Shown: positions 23,729 through 38,187 of the stretch, in pieces | How the letters are laid out: the number at the start of each line of letters is the position of its first letter | How positions within the stretch are numbered: position 1 is the stretch's first letter | Assembly (NCBI GenBank): GCA_951406725.2 | Contig: OX597828.1 | Span: 4,340,001 to 4,404,000, forward strand | Direction: 5' to 3' | DNA: 64,000 nucleotides | Origin: Octopus vulgaris | Lineage: Eukaryota | Made by a program: the position numbers and the translations under genes | The notes under the pieces: model-generated | What the model was told of the DNA's origin: nothing | Seen by the model: the letters and a program-made list of their open reading frames with translations, nothing else | The model's database searches: none

Positions 23729-24837
23729 TAGACAGGCAGATAGAAAAAATATATAGATAGACAATGCATATGTACATACATACACATGCATGCATACATA
23801 CATACATACATACATGCATACATACATACATACATACATACATTCATACATACCTACATACATACATATGAAGGTGATCATTTCTGTCGTAAACAGCAGA
23901 CGAGGGACCCCTTACTTGGTAGCGTTAATTTGATCTTGAGCGGAGCGTTGGTTCGTATACAAGGATGTTTAACACCGATGATTGGCCACCCAATGTGGCT
24001 TTATGCTTTCTACTGTGTAACACGAGCCCTGTTTTACTGTAGACAAATCATTTGATCAGGTATTTGTTGGTGTATCTGCATAAGGACCACACACACAGTT
24101 GATTATGTTTTTATCTTCTCACTTGGAACGGTTTTAAACTAATTAAACTCGCTGTTCTCTGTTCGTTTCGCTTTGCAGCTAGTTCTTCTTAATCATCAAG
24201 TTCAATTTCGTGGATAGATCATTCAATACGCAATCATGCAAGCATACACTAGATTAATGCTTACAGCAATACTCGCTCAAACATTAGCAACCTTCTTTGC
24301 CGTTCAGTCTCTGTTGGACCTCTTACAGAAGTGGCGTGGGGCTACTCTAGTGAGCTTTCATTTTCAGTTCATACTGATACGCCCTAATCGGGAAAAATAT
24401 CGCATATAGTCATTGGTTACAACGTATCCAGTAGAAAAAACTCGATTCCCATACGTCTCTCTTTCAAACAGGTTGTCAGCTACTGAGCTACTCTCACCAC
24501 ATTTGTATGCACTTACCGGTACCTGAAATCGTTCACTATCTACATTAATACACTGTGACCACAATCCACCTTGATTGGTAGCTCATGGATTGAGATTCGG
24601 CTGCCTTGTAGCATTAATTCGTCAACTCTCTGGAGTTTTTAGTTTTCGACAGGCTGACTCATTATTAGATGTAGAGTAAAGATGTAATAAAATTAGAATA
24701 ATGTTGTACAGTTATAATCACCTCTCCTAAAAGAAATGTTGACACTTCCAGAATACAACTCGTATATCTAGTGTAGGAATGCTTATTTATATGTGTGTGT
24801 ATATACATTTAGACTAAAGTTTTGGGGATATAGTGCG

Positions 24838-24888
24838 ACTGACCTCTGATGAACGTACGTATGTACAAGAAACTATTAGTAGCGTGGT
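24838..24888 (+). ncRNA. possible decayed hammerhead motif
   Basis: CTGATGA-ac-gtac-gtat-gtac-aa-GAAA-ctattag-TA; core and stems II/III present, stem I weak. Confidence 0.35.
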
Positions 24889-25073
24889 AAGTACATGTAG
24901 TTCAAGCGTTTAGCAGTATATATATAATTCTCTGTATGTGCTTCTGCGTGTTTTATTGGTACGTTTTTAATAAAATAATTTCACATGCAGTCATACTTCT
25001 TTGAGTGTTTTCATATGAGTCACCAGAACCTGCTTCCCTAATGAGATAATCCTAGAGTGTATCAACACATACG

Positions 25074-25075
<2 letters not shown>

Positions 25076-25155
<80 letters not shown>

Positions 25156-25285
25156 AACACACACAAACACACACAGACACACACACAAACACAAGCATGC
25201 ACACAAGCATACGTGTGTATTTGTATGCATATATATACATATATGTATGTATTTGTGTGTGTGTGCGTGTGTGTGTGTGCACATT
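25076..25285. repeat. (CA)n / (TG)n microsatellite
   Basis: seen directly. Confidence 0.95.
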
Positions 25286-26602
25286 TATAATTATATATAG
25301 AATATTGAGGGTTACTTGGAAAATGTATCAATTTGCTTGCTAGAAACAGAAGCTAGTACTTTCTCCTTGTACCCTTCGCTATAATCATATATTTCATATA
25401 TATTATTATGACTATTTAAAAATATGATAAAATCTTTATAAGAATTCATCAAGTAATTAGCGTGAAAAACCTCATAAGAGAAAAATCCAACAATTCTTCC
25501 TCTTAAATATATTTATTTATATTATATACAAGGCTACACTATACAGAAATGCCACACGCTAGGAGGGACTCTTAAAGACAAAACTACAAAAATAAATAAA
25601 CAGATCGTACCGAATGCGAGGGAAGGCAACTCTCGAAGCAAGCCACTTAAAAACAGAATTCAGCCGCAAATCATATGATTTCATAATTAGTGAAGAAATG
25701 CACTTTTTAATCATCAGTGCAAGCATAATTAAAGATTCATAACGAATGAACAAAAATCAACATAATAGACGAACAGCCAATGTATCCAACGTAGCATATA
25801 GATATGTTCACCCTGTATACATCGATGTAAATGGCGGGCTTACATTGTATCGAGATGCAATTCGAAAAAGGCCGAATTATAATTATAATTATAATTATAC
25901 TCATAATAATAAAAAATTATATATATATATATACATAATGCCTAAGTGTATATCTCTCTCATAACGTGCATGATGAATATACATTATTTGTTTCCACTAC
26001 CGATCGATAGAAATGAGGTGCAACACGTCATCATAATTGGTGTTTATAGAATAATTACGGTACGTTCTCAATACATAAGAATTTAGTTCATCTTTATAAA
26101 TTAATCAGTAAGTATTATCAATTATTGATTAAAATTTATATTTACGTAATATAATAGACCAAATATAGTGCGCTTTACAAGATAAATATTGTATATTATA
26201 AGGGTATTATATTAGCTACAGATAGAAATCTTGGGCATTACGGCATCACATTTGGTGTTTATATAAATAATTGCAAAACATATACGATACATAATGATTA
26301 AGTTAAACTCTATAAATTAATTAATAATAATTATTAATTAGTTAAATTTTTTTTAACTTGAATTTTTATCATTAATATAAGGTAATAAAGTTGAATATAG
26401 TATATGCATTATCAGAGATATAATCAATAATATTCAGATATGTATAAATATAGAATAAGCGAATTATACTAGCAGAATGGATTCATAAATTCTCCTAATA
26501 AATGAGTACATACTAATTTTAATCTAGTGTATTAATAGGTAAAATGACTCTAGTTTATCAATAAGTAAATATTGTAGGATATTATATGAATAATATATAA
26601 TA

Positions 26603-27419
26603 CTAGCATTAAAGACCCGTCGTTGCCGGGTCATAACGCTAGTGCATGTATATATGTGTACATATTACATGTACATCTATATATATACATCTACACATAA
26701 AATACAAATTACAAAGTTATATCTTGATATCGCTAGTGATAACAATACTCAAAATATATAACAGATTGGAATTGTTAGCCCGTCTCTTGTTATTTTGATC
26801 AATTGTATCTTGTCTTCCCTCTTGTATAGAAGTGTGGCTACAATCCAGCCTACCTCTACTTCGGGGGGGGGGGGGTAAAAACTTTTCCGGGACGTCTTAT
26901 AAAGATAAAAATAAAATATTTCCACTTTGCAAGTTCGATTACTCCCTTGCACGCTCCGTTGACTTGAACCTTGCTCCTATTGTGGCGAATTTACCGCCTC
27001 TAATTAGATACCTTTCATAGTCGCACCAAGACACTTTTCGAAGGTGCTTTCCTCCATGTGTTCAAATCTTCTTTTTTCTCTACATTGTATACTTTATAGA
27101 CAATAGTCTTTTCTTTAATTTAATTTTTTATTATCCATCTGGACTATGTTATTTCTGCACGCTAATTTTATTGTGAAGGTTGGACAGGCTCCTCAATCAG
27201 CAGATCTCACCTGGGCTGATGACGGGTTAAGACCCAGAATAATGCATATCCTCAGGCGTGAATCTTGGCTGGTGGGGGTGCTTACCTCTCCTTCACAAAC
27301 ATAAGGACACAGGAAAAAAATGTGTCAAAGCCGACAGGAAGCGGTCGATGCTTCCTAGGGCTAAACAGCGGTCAGGTAATTCCCATACGGGACTGTCACA
27401 TTAAGTTGACGGTATACAA

Positions 27420-27425
<6 letters not shown>
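26603..27425 (-). mobile_element. non-autonomous Helitron-type element
   Basis: minus-strand 3' end has the hairpin gacccggcaacgacgggtc ~8 nt before CTAG|T; the 5' end merges into (CT)n(AT)n. Confidence 0.55.
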
Positions 27426-27506
<81 letters not shown>

Positions 27507-27585
27507 TAATAAATATTAGGGAATGAATCCAAAATTACAGGGAAAAATCAGATTTAGGGTTAAATCCAATTTTATAGTAAAATAT

Positions 27586-27696
27586 TATATAATATAATTC
27601 GAGACAAAACCACGGTTTATTTAATTTATATTAAAATTTTATGTATTGATTAAGTCTTTCCTTGTTTGGTTTTAAAATTGTGGTTTTGTCTCGAAT

Positions 27697-27706
<10 letters not shown>
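27586..27706. repeat. 28-bp inverted repeat (PLE-like inverted end)
   Basis: tatataatataattcgagacaaaaccac / gtggttttgtctcgaattatattatata. Confidence 0.75.
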
Positions 27707-27733
<27 letters not shown>

Positions 27734-28023
27734 TACAAATATAGATACATACATATCTTAATTATTTGTAAACAAGAATATTATTGGCAGTGACTTCAAA
27801 TTTTCGCCCAGGTGACCCTTCTTCCAAATGGCCGAAATATTTAAATCAATGTGAACAAAATTCTTGTATAAGAATGATAAATTTGTACTTTACAAAAGTA
27901 TAGAGGAACCTATCAGCAAAATTGTTTATATTAACACAAAATATAAAAACGTTAACATACTTACATATGTTAACACAATATATTAACACAAAATATAAAA
28001 ACGTTAACATATATATACATATG

Positions 28024-28063
<40 letters not shown>

Positions 28064-28143
28064 TAGATATATATATGTATGTATATGTATATATAAGCTT
28101 TATTTATATAACAGCATTTGTTATATATATTATACACACACAC

Positions 28144-28176
<33 letters not shown>

Positions 28177-28990
28177 CACACACAAATGTATATATTTTTC
28201 TGTACATGTATATATCTATCTATACTATCTTCCTATTTATCTATGTCAGCAAAAATTTAGATTCAGATAAATATAGTACTTAAGTTGAAGCACTAGAATT
28301 TAGTACGGTATTATCCATATAATTTCAAAGTAAGGTGATTAAAATCAAAATAAGCAACAAGGATATCCAGAGGTAATGCAGTACGATTTTTTGATGCAAA
28401 TCTATTTAATTGAACAATGCAATCATTACATCAATATAAAATGCAGAGCAACCTTCAGCTGCACAGACGGACACATTAGTATAATTATACCTAAAATCAT
28501 CTCCAAGAAGTTAAGGAGATAGTAAAAAAAATGTGGTATCTCACTCCAGCATAGAAGTTACCAAGTTTTCAAGAAGATCTACATTTGTTACAGACTGCCT
28601 GTCACTGATTTTTTTTGTTTTTATATGGTCAGTTTTAATTTATAGACTAGTTTATCAAATCCCATATCTATCTAAAGCTGAGCGAACAGAGGGCAGTATC
28701 TGTTAGGGGTAGGGCTGAGGGAGCAGATAGACATCATAGCTGGTATAGCCATAAAAATCAAGATTTATTAGAAGCAATATCATTTGGTTTGGTAAAGGAA
28801 AACTTAAAACAAGATGTTAGCTGACAATTAAGGGTGTCGCCCACTAGCAGACCATTGATAATGAAACATTATAAATCTTATCATGTAGAATTATAGTTAA
28901 ATATTTTAAATATTGTTGCTATAATGTATACAGTTAAAGTTTAGGGTCATTCATAGGATTACTAAGAAGAATATAACTAAAATACAGAAA

Positions 28991-29190
28991 TTTAGTTAGT
29001 TAGTTAGTTAATTTGGCTCAAAAGCAAATAGCAAGGCCATGTAGGGGGACATGGAGTTAAGTACAGGGTGGTGTTCATGTAAAGAGTTCAGGCCACTTGA
29101 GGTCAAGGGAGGTTTTGAACAAAGCGGTCGTCGGCATCTTCACCATCTCGTCTGGCAGCTTGTTCCACGGATCCGCAACCCGGAAAACTT
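28991..29190 (-). mobile_element. 5'-truncated CR1/L2-group LINE 3' end
   Basis: RVADPWNKLPDEMVKMPTTALFKTSLDLKWPELFT* followed by a short UTR and an (AACT)n tail. Confidence 0.8.
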
Positions 29191-30357
29191 TTACCACAAT
29201 AGAGGGAGGAAAAGAAATCCAGAAATAGTTTAATATTTATACATATTGTACACTTAAATACTAACTCATCAGAAGGTATCTGTGAATATTGATCAATTGG
29301 TAAATGCTGGCATTAATAAAGTAGTATTGAGACAAAGGAAAATGTTAATTATATATTAATAAAATTATAATCCAAGCAGTTTTTTTATGAATAGTGAATA
29401 TACCAGTATAGTTTTATATAAGCTAAGTATGAATTTATAGAGATACAAAAATTAGATTAATTTTATAAATAAATAAAGGCTAATTATATAATAATAAAGA
29501 AATAAAATAAAATAATCAAGTCGGGCAGAACACCATAGAAAAGGAAATAAAATAGCTTAATTACTAATACTATGGTAAAGTGTATGTAGCTTATTAACAC
29601 CAATAGAGATGATATTTAGAAAAAGTATAATAATTCAAAATATATTAGACTAAGAATTATATATTTACTTATTTTGCTAATATCAATAAAAGACTGGTGA
29701 CTGGTATCGGCTAAAGGAATACTTAAGTTATGGAACAATCAAATTTTAAACTAATCTTTTTTTATAAAAAAAACTAATGGATATATTATAGGTTTAAGAA
29801 GTTATTATTGTTACTCCCTACATGATATTTATACTTTCATAGTGGTACTTGTTTAGAACAGTTATTCATATAAAGGCCGTTATAAATACTAAGATCAGGA
29901 GGGAAGAGCCATTTAACAAAGGGAAAAATCAAGTGATTTATAAAGATCATTTCAAACAATATTGTCTTATTGTATAAAGTATAAATTTAGGGTAATCAAG
30001 AAGATTACTAAGAATGGAATTTTAACAAAAACACAAAAATTCTTTGAATATTTTCAGCATATACAAAATTTTTACCACAATAGAGGAAGGAAAAGAAAAT
30101 TGCAAAGAAATAATTTAATATTTATTTACTTATTACTTACCTAAATATTAACTTATTGGATGATTTCTATGGAGATTGATCAACTGGATCTAACTGGTAT
30201 TTAATAAGGGAGCAACTGAGGTTGAAGAACATGTTAACTTATACTAATTTAATAAAATTGAACTATTTTAAAGTTGTATAGATACCTGTAATACCTTAAT
30301 AAGCTGAGTACGAATTAATAGTGATACAAAGATTATATTCATTTAAGACTACTATAA

Positions 30358-30385
30358 AATAATAATAATAATAATAATATTAAAA

Positions 30386-30426
<41 letters not shown>

Positions 30427-30437
30427 TAATAATGATG

Positions 30438-30499
<62 letters not shown>
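30358..30499. repeat. (AAT)n microsatellite
   Basis: seen directly. Confidence 0.95.
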
Positions 30500-30500
<1 letters not shown>

Positions 30501-31137
30501 TGGTTAGTTAGAGTAGAGCATCATAGAAAAGGAATAAAAATAGACTAATCACTAAAAACCATTATAAAATATCCATACCTTATTAACTCAATAGCAAGTA
30601 ATTATAGAAAAAGTATAATAATTTAAGTATTATGAGCTAAAAATTGTTAATTAACTTATTTAGCTTATTATAATCAGGACTGAAACCCGGTATTGGTTAA
30701 AAGAATAATAGTTGTTAAAAGGACATGCTAATTATATACTAATATTAATTAGTTAAAACATTTTGTTTTAAATTTTCCTTTACCAAACCAAATGATATTG
30801 CTTCTAATAAATCTTGATTTTTATGACTATACCAACCAGGATTTCTGTCTGCTCCCTCAGCCCTACCCCTAACAGATACTGCCTTCTGTTCTCTCAGCTG
30901 TAGATATACATGGGATTTGATGAACTAGTCTATGAATTAAAACTGACCCTATAAAAACAAAACAAATCTGTGACAGGCAGAGTTTGTAACAAATGTAGAT
31001 ATTCTTGAAAACTTGGTAACTTCTATGCTGGAGTGAGATAGCATGTTTTTTGTCTGTCTCCTTAACTTCTTGGAGATTTTAGATGTAATTATACTAATGT
31101 GTCTATCTGTTCTAATTTAGTTAAATTTTATGTGTTT

Positions 31138-31226
31138 GTGCAGCTGAAGATTGCTCTGCATTTTATATTGATGTAATGATTGCATTGTTCAATTAAATGG
31201 AGTTACATGAAACGATCGTACTACAT
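31138..31226 (+). ncRNA. type-I hammerhead motif with ~58-nt expanded stem II region
   Basis: gtgcag-CTGAAGA-[58 nt]-GAAA-cgatcg-TA-ctacat; palindromic ACGATCGT stem III, GUA site; the inverted copy at 28376-28462 has ctgcat, restoring stem I. Confidence 0.5.
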
Positions 31227-31315
31227 TACCTTTGGATATCCTTGTTGCTTATTTTCATATTTATCTATGTTTGTAAGTATATATTATATATATATACACC
31301 CACACACAAACACAG

Positions 31316-31350
<35 letters not shown>

Positions 31351-31750
31351 CATATAGATACACACACATACAGACACGCACATAAAGACACACATACACA
31401 CATATATATATCAACGTTTATGAATTTTTGCTGCCAGATTCCTAATGTGAAAGCGTTGTGTGGAACAAAGATTGTTGTATTTCAGGATGGTCATTGTTTT
31501 TTTTTCTTAGGAAATAAACACACGCACTATAGAGCTTATGTTCATTTGGCAAAAAGAACCAAAAGAAAATAAAACAAAATTATCATCAGCCGAAATACAA
31601 CAATCTATCTATCCATATATATGTATATAGAGAGAGACACACACACACACAGTACACACACACACGCACGCTTACACACATTATGGATATGGCTTAAAAG
31701 GAATGATAAATATACATATATATATATATATGTATATGTACATTTATATT

Positions 31751-31787
<37 letters not shown>

Positions 31788-31902
31788 GCATACATACTCA
31801 CACACGCATTCACACACACGCATTCACACACATACACACACGCACTCACACACATTTACACACACTCTGACACACACATACACACACAGACGCACGCACA
31901 CG

Positions 31903-31935
<33 letters not shown>

Positions 31936-32523
31936 GTACTATTGTACTGATATGAAGGTGTTCCTCTAGCAGGTTTTCGTCGTTACACAAATGTTTGTAC
32001 ACAATGGATATCATTCTTAGCGAATATATGCTGAGAATGCACAAGATTCTAGATTTGTATGAGTTCTCGTCTGTATATAACATTTCCGTTCTCAGGGTAT
32101 TTTGTCAACAAAACAATGTGGGTTCCACGCAAGAGAAATTACTCCTTTAAATCTCTTTTATTCAGCTCTAATTTCCGATTAACTGATGTATAGACGTAGA
32201 AAGGGCTTTCAGCAATAATTAATACACTTGTATTTGTCTTCTGAAAATATGGATTGGATTAATGCAGCTGTTGCCGGCAGATGTGTGTGCTGCACGATTC
32301 TTTAATTATTTAATTTGCCCCAGATTAGCAATGTCGGTTATTTGAACTAAAGTTTCTTTCGATAGAGAGAAAGTACAGTATGCATGTTTGAGGCATAATC
32401 CATACACAAAGAAAGAAGAAAATTCGAATTAGTGTTGTACTTTCCATTATCATTACTTAATGTGTATGTGTGTGTATGTGTATATATATACATATATAAA
32501 TAATAAATATATATGTATATATA

Positions 32524-32561
<38 letters not shown>

Positions 32562-32573
32562 TATATATATGTA

Positions 32574-32618
<45 letters not shown>

Positions 32619-33654
32619 CCACACACATACACACATATATGCATATATGTACATTATTATATAGATATATATGTATATGCATTATATAAATTTGTATGTG
32701 ATATTTGCTTTATTTACAAGTATGGACGTGCATATGTGTAAGATCGCATAATTTTCTAGAGAGAGATTCTGACGTTTCTGCAATGTATACACCTTCACAC
32801 ACGCACACACAGTCAACAACCATGCATATATAAGTGCTTGTGTATTTGAGAGCTTGGGCGCCCGCGCGCGTGTGTGCCCGTTTTCGTGCGAGTGTGTTAG
32901 TTCTTGTATGTGTTGTGTGTGTTGGTGTATGTTAGTGTGTGTTCGGTGTATGTCGCTTTAGTTGCTTGATGTTTATTCCACATGTGAAAAGAAACATTTT
33001 AAACATATACTTAATTCCAGGTTATATTTGCTATTTATTCTTATATTGAAGTTGAAGCAGGGAAGTCCTTCATTATTAATTCTGTTCCTTCAACATAACA
33101 TACTTTTAGTGCCGTATATTATATTTATTTATCAAATTTTCTGGACATGATATGTTATCTGAGGAACGGTAATACAAAATTGACAGCGCCGAAGAAATGT
33201 TTCGCCTACAGTCTAGTGGATTACACGATATTGCTGGCATATCGCCGTTTTGTTTAATTTATACGAGTCAAGTTTGTCCTAAATATTTGATGAGTTTTCA
33301 AGTTTTGCTCCATCTTCAAAACTAGAGTTCAGTATAATGACTAGTTGACAATGCGAGAAGTTTTCTTGCATTAAATTTTTCTTGCATTACAATGAAAATT
33401 TGCCGTATCATAGAACAAAAGCGACTAAAACCACAGAAATGTAACATTAGCTATTAACTGTAAGATACTGAAATGTATCTGCTCCGTATTAAATATTATT
33501 GTTTTACACCTAAGCTACAATTATGTAATTGCTGTCAAAATTATTGTACTACTTGTTATGCGAGTGTCTGAAAAATAAGACATTTCGTTTAAATTATCAG
33601 AATTAGCAGTGGCAATGAACTGATTCTTCTGCCGTATAATTCTACGAAAAGAAT

Positions 33655-33990
33655 ACATATTCTTTTCTATTCTAGGCAGACGGCCTGAAATTTTTTGGGA
33701 GGGGGCCAGTCACCCCGGCGGAATTTGAACTCAGAACGTAACGGCAGACGAAATACCTATTTCTTTATTGCTCACAAGGGGCTAAACATAGAGGGGACAA
33801 ACAAGGACAGACAAACGGATTAAGTCGATTATATCGACCCCAGTGCATAACTGGTACTTATTTAATCCACTCCGAAAGGATGAAAGGCAAAGTCGACCAC
33901 GGCGGAATTTGAACTCAAAACGTAACGGCAGACGAAATACGGCTACGCATTTCGCCCGGCGTACTAATGTTTCTGCCAGCTCGCCGCCTT
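33655..33990 (-). mobile_element. SINE with an internal partial duplication
   Basis: ggcggaatttgaactca.aacgtaacggcagacgaaatac occurs twice; tcgaccccagtgcataactggtacttatt core; head aggcggcgagctggcagaaac on the minus strand. Confidence 0.7.
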
Positions 33991-35767
33991 AAACGGAATC
34001 AATATATTATAAGATGTATAATTGTTATAGAAATCAAGAATACATTCTAATGAGAGAAGATATGTAAATGTGTAAAAATAATTTCAAAAGCTTATCTAAT
34101 GCAGTTAAAGTTTTTGTGGGGCACAAAGGCATTGAGAGGGGATATCCTTTCTATAGATACATAAGTATGCAAGCATTAAAAACCTATATATAAGTTTAAA
34201 TCATTTTAATGCATTCTCCATAAATTTTGCATTCTAATCTATAATTTACATTTACTTGCAGTACATATATTTAAATATACAGAACATAATGCAGATAAAT
34301 ATTTTATCAATTCTAAATGTAATAAAGGACAGGAATGAATATTGAATTATAGGCTAACGGAAACTGAGCCTCCAGTTACCTCTTTATCGCTTTTCCAAGC
34401 TACTTAGGGAAGCCAAAAGTTAAAAAGTGTAACTACGTGAAAATTTTCTCTTTTTAATACACAAACCGCAAAAATAATTGATGACCCTGTTCTTCTGTTT
34501 ACAGTTATCTGAGAGGGTGTACGTACATAAAACAATTATTTCATTCCTTTGTATTCAAGCAACAGTCAAATTGAACAAAAATTATATGAAATTAACTCTT
34601 AAGGTTTTGAGATTAAGTTCATCTGAGAATCATAAAGACTGATTGTTTTTGTAAATCATTCTCTACATAACCCCAAGCTTAATAATTTAAAATCATGCCA
34701 GGATAACCCTGGCTTTGATTTCTTGAAACAATATTTCTAATATCCATGTACTTAATTAAATATACCAAGTGACCTTCCTGTACTTTATCCAACCCTCTGA
34801 AAAATTTAAAATGAGAAATATTCAGCTTTCTCTATGCCAAACTACAAGTAATATATTTAAATTCACAATATGGATCAAAGGAATCATTTCATTTTGATGA
34901 TTAAACTTAAGTTGTTTTAAATGAAACAAGTAGAAAAGCAAAGTTTTTAAAACTTCCAGTGCAATATGCAGTCATTTTGTGTCAATATTTTGAGCCTACT
35001 CAACAAAGCGTCTATTGGAATCGCAGAAAATATTCGAATACCGGCAGCTAATTTCTGTCTAGAAGTAAAATTCATACAAATACTACTAAGAACACAAGTT
35101 TACTATATGACAAAATGGGAAAATATTAAAAAATATGCAAGTTTGAGGAACAGAATGAAAGATGCAATGAGTATGGTGCACAGGTGTTGCTCCAACATTT
35201 TATGTCTTTACTATATGCGTCGGGCGCGTTGATAAGCAAGTACTAATAAAGCATGCAACAACAACGAGATTATTTCGAATTATCAACTACATCTCCTTTA
35301 AATTACAACCCATCATCTTTTAAACATCTAATACAATGTGCTAAATATCGAAACAAGTCTAATATTTACGGGTATAACACGTATATTTGTCACAAAGCAG
35401 TCATAAAATTTGGCTTAAGAATTTTAGTCACAAAAGTTTGCGTATCAGCAGCAGTAGCCGCAAATGTTAGCAAAAACCACCTTACATAAACGGAAAGAAT
35501 GAAGCAGCTATAAGTTAATTTCACTCTGATCAATGTAAACGTCCACTTCTCATAACAAATCGTCGAAATAAACGTACTTGCATTAACTATTAAATACGCC
35601 TTGCTGTTAGTTGTTAAATAGAAATCACTTCTCAGATGAATAGTGCCGATATGTTGAATGAAGACCCCACGATATATGATAAACACACATGCCTGTATTA
35701 TTCATATATGACATACTTAATTATATTATATACATATAAACATTAAATGTGTGTGTATGTGCGCGTG

Positions 35768-35867
<100 letters not shown>

Positions 35868-35899
35868 GCATCTCTCTCTCAGTGTATATATACATGCAT

Positions 35900-35936
<37 letters not shown>

Positions 35937-37061
35937 AGTACATATATATATATACATGCATACGTATATATTCATAAATATATTCGCACACATGTATTTA
36001 TATAATATGCATATATATATATATATATATATATATGCATATACATATATATGCATATATATGCATATATATATATACACACATACATAAATATATACAT
36101 ACAGAATGAAAGACACCGAAAATGAGGGAGGGAGGGAGAGTCATGGAGAGTGAATGCAAGGTGGGCAGGGCAAAAGAGGGGAGAGATAGTATGGCAAATA
36201 TAGCAGTGGTTCCAGCAATATGAGAAGTAGTGAGAGAGCTAGAGAGACAGAGAGAAATAGCAATACCTAATATACAGATGATTAAGATAAACTTTGGTTA
36301 GCTGAACCAGCTGAAAGACTTATCAGAGAGAGAAGTTATGCGCATCAGACTGGAACTAGATCATATCAAATGTATGTTTGGTGTGATTGAAAATCTAGTC
36401 TGGCTCTATGGAGATTTCTACCTATGTTGCGAGACGTTCATCAAAACATCATATTGATGTCATTCAAAGCTATACGCATATACGTGACCCCTATATAAAT
36501 GTATTTGTATTCAAGTACATAATACACGAGAAAAAGAAACGCATAGGTATATGTGTGTGTGTGTGTGTGTGTGTACGTGTGTATTATATATATTATATAT
36601 ATAAATACTATATATATATATACATACATATATATATATATATCCCCATCTGTATTTCTATAAATTTTTATATACATCTAACCGTATGTGTGTGTGTACA
36701 ATAAATATGTGTATATATGCGTGTGTGTACGTGTTAGTATGTATAATATATATATATATATATATATATAGATATATGCATATATACATATATATTTAGG
36801 TACCTATATTTATTTGTAAACAGGCACATAGGCACACTCGCACTTATGTGTGCCTCAGTCACTATTTGAATATAATTCCGTAGAATATACGTATATGTAT
36901 ACATACACACGTACGTACATACATACATACACATCTATACGTGTACACGTATGTGTACACACACACACACATTTATATATACTTGTGTGTGTGTGTGTAT
37001 ACGGCACATGTATATATATGTATATTACATTATATATACCTGCCTGCACAAACACACGTAA

Positions 37062-37094
<33 letters not shown>

Positions 37095-38148
37095 TACATA
37101 TATATAGGTATAGATAGATATCTCACTTAATGTATGTTATTAAATATGTACACACTGTGAGAATGATAACGTCGTGTTGTCTGAGACGAAATCCCTTCAA
37201 AGGCTTGTGTTAAAGGCCCAATATAAATTGTTACTGCTGTGACTCACACTATTGACAGCATATTTTCGCCCTCTCTGAGCATTCAGTGCCGTGCACCTGA
37301 TTTTCATATGCTGAAATATAATTTTTCGCTCATCATTTTGGAAACAGTATATAAAATATTGAGATAGAATTTCGTTTTAAGCAAGAAATAGTCCTGTGTG
37401 CATCATTGACGACACTCGAGGAAGGCGAAATGCGCTCGCGTTTCTGGTCTCACTGTATAATGATATTTTGCATTTACGCCAACGCTAAGAAGGGATTTTA
37501 TTTTGGAAATATACACAGTGTCATATTTTATATTTGTATATGCGTATGTATACATTTTAGCGTACGTATAAATGTATATAATCTTAAACGTATACATGTA
37601 TAATACGCATATCAATATAAAATATATATCAAATATACATGAATATATGTGTGAGGGTGAGCATGCGTTCATATATTTGTTTTGATAGTAAAAATAAGGG
37701 TAGTAAAATTTAAAGCAAAAGTTACATCCATGTAGTATCGCATCACATATAAGGAAAATTATACAAGGTAGAAAATGCCAAAACGGCATACCATTAATGA
37801 TTTCATGGTCAGCGTGTAAAATTTCACTCTGCATTCTTCAGTACAACATAATTAGAACATAAAAGTATGAACATGTATACATAGCAAACGAATATTAATT
37901 GTATGCAACTAAATCTGTTTCTAAAAGGTATCTTTGCATGTTGCATTCCCTCGCTTTCGGTGCTGTGTATATTTATTGAAGTAGTTTGATTTTTGAGTCC
38001 CATTACAGCGCGAGGCGTTTACTTACAGTTATAGTTCTTAAGATAATAATGTACTTATATTTAAAAGATAAATTGAATACTTTTAATTAATTGTTTTAAA
38101 AGCGATTTTTCACACAGTCTACTTGATAAATTCTTATAAACATTCTAT

Positions 38149-38187
<39 letters not shown>

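Larger units (their letters stand above)
28260..31256 (-). mobile_element. decayed Penelope-like element with ~480-bp inverted pLTR arms (28347-28818 / 30757-31256) and an internal diverged duplication (~29186-29740 / ~30066-30720)
   Basis: the arms align along their length (e.g. ggcagtatctgttaggggtagggctgagggagcag and its reverse complement); each arm holds a hammerhead-like motif. Confidence 0.65.

Noticed and set aside
34960-35690. Short ORFs in unique-looking sequence as host exons
   Set aside because: No recognisable domain or convincing splice context; small exons cannot be excluded without transcript data
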